Source of the DNA: Antechinus flavipes
Taxonomy: Eukaryota
NCBI RefSeq assembly: GCF_016432865.1
Contig: NC_067402.1
Location: forward strand, 292,268,001-292,332,000
Direction of reading: 5' to 3'
Length of the DNA stretch: 64,000 nt
Every line of letters begins with the position of its first letter. Position 1 is the stretch's first letter. The notes below the pieces were generated by a model. It was not told the DNA's origin and did no database searches. It was given only the letters and a program-made list of their open reading frames with translations. Below are positions 39,247 to 48,974 of this stretch, piece after piece. A program made the position numbers and the translations under genes.

Positions 39247-42200
39247 ATGGCAGCGACAGACCGGACAGGGCCAGGTGAGGGGGCTCGGAGATCGGGGGGC
39301 TCGGACCGCCCGGGGACCCCCCTGACTCGGCCCTCTCCTCATCCAGGCTCCAGCCCCCCGACCCCCGCCTCCATCCCGGAGCTGATTAGGAAGAAGCGAG
39401 ATGGGGATCGCCTGGAGGATGCTGAGATTCGGAGCTTTATTCAGGGGGTGACAGAGGGGACAGTGCAGGAGGCGCAAATAGGTGACCTACCTGCCCCAAG
39501 CCCCAGAACCACCCCGGGACCCCAACTTCCCCAGTCCCTGCGCCACTCGGGCAGCATCTATTGCCCCCTCAGGCTCTCCCTGTGCCCACAGGTGCCATGC
39601 TCATGGCTATCCGGTTGCGAGGGATGGACCTGGGCGAGACAGAGATTCTGACCCGAGCCCTGGCCGAGTCTGGGCAGCAGCTTCAGTGGCCCGAGGCCTG
39701 GGGACGGCTGCTGGTGGACAAGCATTCAACAGGGGGTGTGGGGGACAAAGTCAGCCTGGTCTTGGCGCCTGCTCTGGCCGCCTGCGGCTGCAAGGTCAGT
39801 CCCCTGCCCCCTCTCCCTGGGGGCTCTAGGCCTGGGTGTAAGGGAGGGATGGCTGGGAGACAGAGGGGAAGAGATGAAGCAGGTCCTCCCTATTAGGCTT
39901 TCTCCCCACTGTCCACTTCAACTCTGCTCGGAACTCCGGCTCAGAGCGGCTCTGTCTCAGGCAGACTGTCGTTTCAGAACAGACTGAGCTGCAGGACCCC
40001 AAATTGTGGGGGGAAGGGGGGGCTGAGCACTGAAGTCTGGAGGAGGGAGAACAGGGAGGTTCCAGCCCTTGGTGGTGGGATGGGGCTGGGGTCTCATCCA
40101 CACAGGTGCCGATGATCAGCGGCCGGGGACTGGGACACACCGGGGGCACGCTGGACAAGCTGGAATCCATCCCAGGCTTCTCGGTGGTACAAAGTCCAGA
40201 GCAGGTATTGGGCAAAGGACCCTGGCTGGGGCCCCTCATGAACAGTCATCTGTGGGTGAGACAGTCCTAATTGAAGGGCACATGAGTGCCGGGAGAAAGC
40301 TGGTCCCAAATCCCCCGGGGGGGGGCACGGATCCATGGGGCATTACCATCTGGGGGGCTGCGGTCACTAATGGGGATCCTCCCCGCCCGGGAGATCAGAT
40401 GCGGGAGCTGCTGGAGCATGCAGGCTGCTGCATTGTGGGGCAGAGTCAGGAGCTGGTCCCTGCAGACAAAGTCCTCTATGCCATCCGGGATGTGACTGCC
40501 ACAGTGGACAGCCTCCCCCTCATCACAGGTGACCTGCTCCCCACCCCTGCTGGAGGCTACTCTGACCCCGGTTAGGAACAGCCTATCCATCGGTGACTGG
40601 ACCCATGCCATGTCTCCGTGCCCCCCGCTGGACGGGAGAGGTCCCGATTCTAGCCCAAGCGCCCCCTCTCTGCCCCTCCAGCCTCCATCCTCAGTAAGAA
40701 GGCTGTGGAACAACTCTCGACCCTGGTGGTGGATGTGAAATTTGGAGAAGCAGCCATCTTCCCAAGCCAAGAAAGAGCTCGGGAGCTAGCCCACGCCCTG
40801 GTGAGTGAGTGGGACCGAGGCTCCTTCATTGCTCAATGTTCACCGCAGAGTATTTCCTCCTCGAGAGCTTCCTGTGCCAATAAAATCACCAACCTAGGTC
40901 TTGGGCTCGGGTGGGGGATACTGTGGGGGCCAGAGATCAGGGTCTAGGAAAGGTGAACCTTGAAAGTCAGAGTTTTATAACTTATTTTTTATTATTACCT
41001 TCATAACTTTATATTCAAATAATAAAAATCATCCATTCATGAGAAAAATAATCCTTCCCCCTTTTCCCTTCCCTCTTCACTTTGTCTTCCCCTTTCCCTG
41101 CTCCCCTCACTCCTTCCCTTTCCCCTACCTCTCCTCCTCTGCTTTGTCCCTCCCCTATTCTCCCCCTTCCTCTTCTCCCCTCCCTTCTTTCCTCTACCTC
41201 TCCTCCTCTTCCCTCCTTCCCCCTTTCTCCCTTCCCCTTTCCACCTTCTTTTCCCTGTTCCCCCTTTCCCTCTCCTTATTCCCTTTCCCCCTCTCCTATC
41301 CCTTCCCTTTTTCTCCCTTCTCTTCTCCCACCCCAAACATTCAGCAGCAGATAGGTAGAACTTGGTAGCAGAAGGAAGGGCGTTCCCAAAAATGGGACTG
41401 TGAGGGGGGCACCAAGGGGGAAAGGGGCATGAAATGGTCCCACGGGGCATGAACAGAAGGCGTGAAGGGCCGTGGAGGCAGAAGGGGCTAGAAAGGCACC
41501 AGTGTGGAGGACCTTTAATACCAGCTGGAGTGACTGGGCTCATCCTAGTGCTACTAGGCAACCGCTGCAGGCTCAGCAGCCGAATAACCCGGCTGAAGGA
41601 GCGGATGACCATTTTTGCTCATACTTGGGTGATTCTTCCCAGGTTGGCTGAGAGAAGAGATGAGAGGCAGAGAGACTTCAGGGAAAAGGCATAAGGGCCT
41701 GAATGAGAGGGGAGGAGGGGGATGATGCAGTCAGTCAGTCAGTCAGTCAGTCAGTCAGTCAGCAATGACTCAGTTATGTCCCAGGTACTGTGGAAACTTC
41801 TAAAGATATCAAAACACAGTCACTTCCTTCAAAAGGAGCTCCGAGTCCCAGACACCACGCCAACAATTCTGTCCAGACAATTATTATAGATATGTATGGA
41901 TGATATAGATAACAGAATAAAGGGATTCCCCAGTTGGCACAAAGCACACATATCCTAGGACTTGGCGGCTGATGGAATGTGAAAGAGAGGGAGCAAGGGC
42001 CGGGGAGAGCCGTTCGCTGCATTTGGAGGAGGCAGGTCTGGAGGGAGGCTGAGGAGCTCAGTGCAGAGCAGAGCCCCAGACCCTTTGGCAATCTGATGAA
42101 GTCTCTGTACTCTGTCTCAGAACGACGCTTTTAAACATTCATAATGGAAGGAAATGTTGCATTTCAGTTAATTATGAGAAGAAAGGATGTAATTATTTTC

Positions 42201-45200
42201 CCATTTCATGAAATCAGTCCTCACGTGGGAGTCCACAGACCCAAGTTAAAAACCCCTGGTTTGGGGCATAGTAAGCTTGGGATGCTAGTGGGGCCACAAG
42301 GCGGGCAGCTCCAGGTGGAATTGTGCGCTTTGTGATCCAGGTTTAGACTCGGGACTCATCTGAGCTACTATTAGCCACCAGAGAGAGGGTAAGTCAACAA
42401 AAAAGAGGGATTAAAGGGTAAAGAGAAAAAGGCTTAGAGCAACCTTGAAGAGCAGCCACCTTTCAAGAAAGGGAGAAGGTGAGTCAGGAAAAGGAAGTTG
42501 GGAATGAGTCAGAGAGGGAGGAGGAAACAACCTGAGGCAAGAGAGAGAATTCATGACCAGACACTCAAATGGCCCAAAAGCTACAGAGAGAGCAACAAAG
42601 GGAGGCCTTTGAGAGACCACTGAGGGATTAGGACTGGAAGCCATGTTGCAGCGTGGTGAGGATCCAGGATGCACTTGGACTCGATGGAGAAAAACTCCAT
42701 GCCAACTTGTATACCAATGAGAATCTCCTCTACAAGGGGCTTGAATACCTGCGGTGACAGGGAACTTACTACCTAATTTAGCAGGCAACGGAGCAGTAAA
42801 TTTACCTAGAAATGTGGCGGTGACAGAGAGAGAGACAGATGATTGAGGTCCAGGTAGTAAAGTCAGCCCAGGCCATGGGAAGCCCTAAACATGCTGATGG
42901 CAAACTACAAGGAATCTGAATCTGAATGAATCTTAGAATCTGAAATGAAGGGCCCTGAAACGATCACCCATTTCTGATTTCGTGTTTGCCAAAAAGCAGA
43001 GACTCATTCATATCCAAAGGAATCTGAAACCTAGGGGCCGGAGTTCAAGTGCCTTAGAAATTGATGAAAAAAAAAAAGGTTTTCAAACCAGAGACAAGCA
43101 GAATTTATAATCGTGGGCCAGTCTGTCAAGATGAATTATAAAAGAGGAAGGGCACATTATCTAAGGCTCTTGCACACAGTTGGTGTCTAATAAGCGAATT
43201 AATTCCCCATGGGCCACCAGCATCAGTCCTTCAGACTCAGATTCTGCTCCGGCACTCACCATGGGCTGCAGCTCATACCCTGATTCTGAGGGCTTCTGAA
43301 ATCCGGTTCAGACTAGTATCCAGTTATTACCCAGACAACAATAGCATGCGTTTAGTTTTGTTTTTTTTTTTTAAGTAATTAAGAAGGAAAAAAACGACAA
43401 GAAATAGAAAAAAACAAACCAGAAATATTCCCAGCAGGCATTCCCCAAGATCCTCTTCCCCAACAGCATCCACTTCATGCTCTCTCCCTTTCCCTCCTCC
43501 AAAAATCTCAGCTCGGTAAGCAACAGAACTGGTCACACTTTTGGTATTCGTAGCTCCAGCCTGATATACAGTAGGCACTTAATAAATGCTTATTGACAAA
43601 TTGGTCAATCAGTAGAGAAAGGAGCCTTAGACACGGGTTGTCATGGTATGAGGCGTGTTTTAGGAGGGCTAGCCTTATGGCGAGGGTGTCTGGGGAGAGG
43701 AGGAGGAGTGGGGGGCACGGAAATCTGTTAGGAAGCTGTTGACATTTATCTGAGGGCACAGGGAGGGGAGGGCTCGGGGCAGGCAGGCCGGCCACCGTCC
43801 CAGAGATATGGGCAGATGCTGGCAGCCCAGGAGATGAACGTGGAGCGGGTCTCCGCAGGTGGGCGTGGGGGCCCGCCTGGGGGTCCGGGTGGCGGCCGCA
43901 CTGACGACCATGGACAGCCCTCTGGGCCGCTGCGTGGGCCACGGCCTTGAAGTGGAGGAGGCCTTACAGTGCCTGGAGGGAGGAGGTCCCCCGGACTTAC
44001 AGGACCTTGTCACCCAACTAGGTGTGTGAAGGGGGAGGGAGGGAGGGGGGAGAGGAAAGGGCTCTCTCCGTCCCCCTGCTCACCGGTCCCGCCTGACCCC
44101 GTCCCCAGGAGGATCCCTGCTGTGGCTGAATGGCCAAGCTCCAACCTTGACCCAGGGGACGGCCCGAGTGGGAGCCACGCTGGACAACGGCTCCGCGCTG
44201 GGCCAGTTCCGGGCCATGCTGGAGGCCCAGGGGGTGGCCCCCAAGCTGGCCCAAGCTCTGTGCTCGGGGTCTCCTGCCCAGCGCCAAGGCCTGCTCCCCA
44301 CAGCCCCCACCAAGGAAGAGCTGAGAACAGCTTCAGAGGGTGAGGAGAACCCTAATCTCGAGGGCAGGCCCTCCATGGCAAGCACAAACCTTCCTCCTTA
44401 CCTCTGTGCATGTCAATCACCCCCATGCCCCATCGCCCCCACCCAACTCCTCAGATGCCCTTCTCCCTCCCAACTCCCATCACTGCTTCTGTTCCTACCC
44501 CCCCCCCACTAAAACTCCCCCCCCCCCCCAGGGACAGTGGAGAAGATCCAGGCCCTGCCGCTGGCCCAGGTTCTCCACGAGCTGGGGGCTGGCCGGAACC
44601 GAGCAGGAGAGCCCCTCCACCACGATGTGGGGCTGGAGTTGCTGGTGAGCCTAGGACAGAGGGTCAGTGCAGGTGAGAACTGAAGTGGGGTTGGGGGGCA
44701 GGGCTCCTGCAAACCCCTGTGACTAAGGCTTCGGCTCCTGGTCTGGAGACTGGAGTAGAGGGGGGCAAACTCGGGGACAAAGAGAGAGGGTTCCAGCTCC
44801 CTGGTACCCACGGGACCTAGGTGCCCCTGACCACGACCCAGCCAGCCCCTTCCAGACACCCCCGGGGAAAGGCAGAGACCCCGAGGATGCAGCAAGCCTT
44901 CTAGCAGCACGGAAGGCACCCTACCCTAGGGCGACCGGAGCCCCACCACGGCTGGCTTCAGGCTCTCTCAGCTCTTGCTGCTGCTCAGCAACCCCCTCAC
45001 TGTCCTCCCTCTACTTCTGCCCCAGCCAAAGCTCCTCCTGTCATGGGGATCCTCCTTGTTTTTTAGCCAATGCCCCTGGGCTCTGGGGGCCCCAGACATC
45101 CGACTTGGCTGCCCCCCCTCTTGGTTCCGGGTGAAACTGCTCCCTTTCCAATCGTTGCCCCTGCTTCTGATTCCTGGCCAGCCCTTGCTCAGCTCGGGTG

Positions 45201-46716
45201 GTCTCCCGGAGCTCTCCTTCTGTCCCCCCGGGTTCTGTGACAGCCTGTGCTTTCCATGAAGCTCTTGGCCCCAGAGCCCCCGATGTTGCTCTCTTTCCCC
45301 TCAGGAAGGACCCGGGATCCAGCCTCTCCCTAACCCTTCTGGTCTGTGACTAGGGTTGGCTGTCACTTCTTTGTCCCCCCGCCTCCATCCCCAGATTCCG
45401 TCTCCCTCCCGGGGTCTTTCCTGCCTTCCCTGACTTTTAGAAGCAGAACTCTGAGCTAGTTCAATGTAACACACACATGTTAAGCATCTGCTGCATCCAG
45501 TACCCTGCACTGGGAAGTGAGGGAGGGTCCCAGTTTCCCGAGTTCCCAGTAGAAGAGGACAGGGCTGGGCCATCACTAGAGAAAGCTCTGAAGGACATGT
45601 GACTTCTGGTCCAATTCACGGGGGTCAGGCCAGCCTGGAGGTGAGGGGCTATTAGTGGAGGGTAGGTCCTTACATGATGTGGAGAGGTTACAGGGCAGAG
45701 GGCAGAGGGCATGTGCCAGGCTGGCAATACAGAGGAAGAGGATGATAGGATTTATGGTGTGGGTGAGCTCAGAGCCAGATGGGGCTGGGGTTCCAGAGTG
45801 AGACCAGGACTGGCGATCCGGGCTTAGGGCCAGCAGCTCTGAGGGGGTCTTACGTGGGGGTGAGAAGTCAATGAAGGGAATGGCGAAAGAAAAGGGCCAA
45901 GGATGAACCTAGATGGACCACGGAGGGGTCGAGGAGGCAGGAGGGTCGTGGGGGGCATCTCCAAAGACCAAGGACCAAAATTAACAACAAAACCAACTCC
46001 CAGATCCAAGGTGCTTTAAGGATTCACAGCCCTTTGAGGCAGGGAGCAGAGTATTTTGATTCCCCCGCACCCAAGTGCCTGGGTAAGGGGCACAGAGGGA
46101 TGGCCACGGAGCTCAGGGAAGGTGAGGCCTGAGAGGGGGCTCCGGGGAGGGCAGGGTGGGAGGCAGAGCGGCCAGCGGCTGGTGGGGACACCAGGGTCAA
46201 GGGCAGGCAGCCACCCTGTCCCAGGAGGAGCAGCAGCAGCAGCTCGGGGAGACCCTGGTCTGAGCCAAGGAAGGGGGCCGGAGGGGAGGACGCCGGGACG
46301 GGGGAGGAGGTGCTGGTCTGAGTAGGGGCCGCCCCGGGGTTTTACTTCCCTGGTCGGAGCAGGGCACCTGGTCTGGGTCTTCTGGCCCTGAGCCGGCCCC
46401 TCCCCCGCCCCCTTGGAGGGCTGTTCCCCCCATGAGACTGTAAGCTCTCTGAGGGCAGGGCCCGCCCTCGGCGCGCTCGCATCCCAGCCTGGCGCAGGGT
46501 AAGGGCTGTGGCCGCCTGCCCGCTGGCTCGGGGTGACAGCGCGGCCCCCATTCCTGCCCAGGGACCCCCTGGATCCGCGTGCACCACAAGGGCCCCGGCC
46601 TGAGTCCGAGACACCGCCAGAAGCTGCAGGAGGCCCTGACGCTGTCCGGCGGGGAGCCCTTCGTGCCGGACCCCTGCTTTCGGGAGCTCATCCTGCCCCC
46701 CTCCATGAGGGGCTGA
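39247..46716 (+). CDS. TYMP: Thymidine phosphorylase (491 aa, or 467 aa if 39275-39346 is spliced)
   Basis: Coding exons 39247-39481, 39592-39794, 40106-40204, 40399-40528, 40682-40800, 43859-44021, 44109-44339, 44532-44672, 46562-46716. Internal exon sizes 203/99/130/119/163/231/141 match recalled human TYMP. Motifs [51 protein letters not shown] are intact. Confidence 0.96.
41050..41335. repeat. Pyrimidine-rich (CT) low-complexity tract in TYMP intron
   Basis: Almost exclusively C/T for about 285 nt. Confidence 0.9.
41728..41762. repeat. (CAGT)n microsatellite
   Basis: About 8.5 perfect copies. Confidence 0.95.
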
Positions 46717-46856
46717 GGCGAGCAGAGCCCCGACTTCCAGGCCCTTTCCTTCGGGCCAGATCTGCGTGTGTCTCTGTCCCCCCCGGGCCCCTCTCCCCGC
46801 GCCTGCCGCTGCCGCCTCCCGGGCCCCCTCGGTTGGGGAGAGGGCGTCTTCTCGGG

Positions 46857-46862
46857 AATAAA
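46857..46862 (+). terminator. TYMP polyadenylation signal AATAAA
   Basis: 140 nt after the TYMP stop. Confidence 0.75.
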
Positions 46863-46929
46863 GTGCCCGCTCGGGCTTGAACTCAGCTCGCTTCCGGGGG
46901 CGGGGCCCCGCTGTCTGGTCTCTCGGTCC

Positions 46930-47432
46930 GTGCGCCCGGGGGCAGGGCGATGACGTCACAGCCCCACTCCCCGGGCATCCCGCCGGCCCGGATGGTTCGC
47001 CGCTGGGCGCCTGGGGAGGCGCGTACGGCGGTGCGTACACCTGGGGCGAAGAAGATGGGGGTACACGCATATAGCAGGGACCACCGCCCTCGGCTGCGGA
47101 ATTAGGAGTAAGAACGATAGACACAATACGCCGCAGGGACAGCAGGGGGCGCTCGCAAGCTTGGAAGGAGAGTCGGTCGTGCTCATGCGTGGCGTCATCG
47201 GCCGTCGCCTCTCAGTTGCCCTACGTCCCTACGCAGGCGCAGCACGATTTCCGTTCGCCCCTCCCCATACTCTGCGCATGCTCCATGGAGTCCAATCCGA
47301 GGGGACTTCGTCATTTGCTGGCCGAACGCGAATTCGGACTTGAATTCGCGCGTGTATCTATCTCGCGAGATCGCAAAAAAAACTTCCTGATACAGGACCG
47401 GCGAGCCCGCGAAAAGAGGTGAGCGCATGCGC
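46930..47432 (+). promoter_or_regulatory. SCO2 CpG-island promoter and non-coding exon 1
   Basis: CRE TGACGTCA at 46951-46958, NRF1-like TGCGCATG at 47273-47280, BANP-type palindrome TCTCGCGAGA at 47361-47370, ETS ACTTCCTG at 47382-47389, donor GAG|GTGAGC at 47418/47419, NRF1 core GCGCATGCGC at 47423-47432. Confidence 0.65.
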
Positions 47433-47796
47433 CCCCCCTCCCAACACAGCTACCCTCTGGGTGCTGGGCTCAGAACGAGCCTCAGCGGGGGTCCCGTGCC
47501 CCCTGGCTCCAGCCCAGATCCCAAGTTCAGATTGCAGTGGTCCACACTGACTAAGCGCCTGCTGTGTACCGAGCCTGTGCTTGCAGTGCCCGGCAGAAAG
47601 TAGTGGCCCACGTGCGGCCAGAGCCCCGCCTCTCCTCTGATTGAGGAGCCCCCCATCCCTGGCTCCCCACTTTGCTTCTTCATCTCTGCCCCCTCCCACC
47701 CTCTGCTCTTGCCCCGCTGCAGCTCTGCCCCCTCTCCCCGTTCCCCACGTGGCTCCTTCATGTCTGCTCCCCTGCGTTCCAGGGCTCAGGAGTGAG

Positions 47797-48552
47797 ATGT
47801 GGCCCCTCCGGGCTCCCGGGCGCTGGCGCTTGGCCCTGGCCTCCCTGCGCGGGGCCGCCCGGCCCTACTGCAGCTCTCAGGAAGCAGGCGGGGGCGGAGG
47901 GCCCCCGAAGGCCCTGGGTCTGCGCACCCGCCTGCTGGTGACCGGGCTGTTCGGGACCGGGCTGGCCGTGGCTTGGCTGTCGGCCCGGGCCGAGAAGGAG
48001 CGGCGGCAGCATCTGCGGCGGATAGAGGCGCTGCGCAGCGCGGCCGTGGGCCAGGGGGACTTTGACTTGGTGGACCACACGGGCCGCCCTCGCCGCAAGG
48101 CCGACTTCCGGGGCCAGTGGGTGCTCCTGTACTTCGGCTTCACGCACTGCCCGGACATCTGCCCCGAGGAGCTGGAGAAGCTGGCCGGGGTGGTGCGCAG
48201 GCTCGAGGCGGAGCCCGGGCTGCCCCCCGTGCAGCCCCTCTTCGTCACCGTGGACCCTGAGCGGGACGACGTGGCCGCCGTGGGGAACTACGTGCGGGAG
48301 TTCCACCCGCGGCTGCTGGGGCTGACCGGCACCCCGGAGCAAGTGAGCCAGGCCGGGCGCAACTACCGGGTCTACTACAGCGCGGGGCCTCCGGACGAGG
48401 ATCAGGACTACATAGTGGACCACTCCATCATCATCTACCTGCTCAATCCCGACGGCCTTTTCACCGACTACTACAACCGGAGTAAGACAGAGGAGCAGAT
48501 CACAGACAGCGTGCGCCGCCATATGGCCGCCTTCCGCAGTGTCCTGAGCTGA
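47797..48552 (+). CDS. SCO2: SCO2 cytochrome c oxidase copper chaperone, single coding exon, 251 aa
   Basis: Acceptor at 47782, ATG at 47797. Arg-rich mitochondrial leader, TM helix, [14 protein letters not shown] (CxxxC) and YIVDHSI (copper-binding His). Confidence 0.97.
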   Translation: MWPLRAPGRWRLALASLRGAARPYCSSQEAGGGGGPPKALGLRTRLLVTGLFGTGLAVAWLSARAEKERRQHLRRIEALRSAAVGQGDFDLVDHTGRPRRKADFRGQWVLLYFGFTHCPDICPEELEKLAGVVRRLEAEPGLPPVQPLFVTVDPERDDVAAVGNYVREFHPRLLGLTGTPEQVSQAGRNYRVYYSAGPPDEDQDYIVDHSIIIYLLNPDGLFTDYYNRSKTEEQITDSVRRHMAAFRSVLS

Positions 48553-48645
48553 GTCCTCCGGCCCCGCCCCTTGGGAATCGCCCCCCCACCTGCTGGTGAC
48601 ATAAAGCCCCAAACCTGATCGGTGCAGTTCTCTAGAAACCAGATA

Positions 48646-48651
48646 TTTATT
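48646..48651 (-). terminator. NCAPH2 polyadenylation signal AATAAA
   Basis: tttatt on + strand, about 325 nt past the NCAPH2 stop. Confidence 0.65.
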
Positions 48652-48693
48652 CTGTGTAACAATACTCTACAATCGCTCAACAAGGGAGTGGGA

Positions 48694-48699
48694 AATAAA
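48694..48699 (+). terminator. SCO2 polyadenylation signal AATAAA
   Basis: First canonical signal after the SCO2 stop. A CATAAA variant lies at 48600-48605. Confidence 0.6.
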
Positions 48700-48974
48700 G
48701 GTATTTCTTCTACAAACAAATCTGAAGCGCCCCTTGGAGGTCTGGAATGGGGGCGAGGTGCCCAGGTCTGGGGGCAGGAGGGACTGGCACACTGCCCCAT
48801 ATATACTGGCACCAGGGGTGGGGAAGGGCACATCCCCCAAACCCAGCATCCTCCGGGCACCTGCTTCAGGGTTGTCGAGGGAAGGCGGAGGGCAAACTTT
48901 GGACAGAACGTGGAAAAAACAGCTATAAGGGGGGACCCGTTCACAAACAGACTCGGTCACACAAATATACACAA

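Noticed and set aside
41527-41545. RFX X-box-like gctactaggcaac
   Set aside because: Two mismatches, lies in an L2-derived TYMP intron far from the ciliary gene ODF3B promoter
47641-47796. N-terminal extension of SCO2 in the ORF track (303 aa)
   Set aside because: Starts at TTG inside the intron's pyrimidine tract. The acceptor at 47782 and ATG at 47797 give the normal structure.
47758-48612. 284-aa ORF antisense to SCO2
   Set aside because: GC-rich shadow of the SCO2 CDS, with no independent signals
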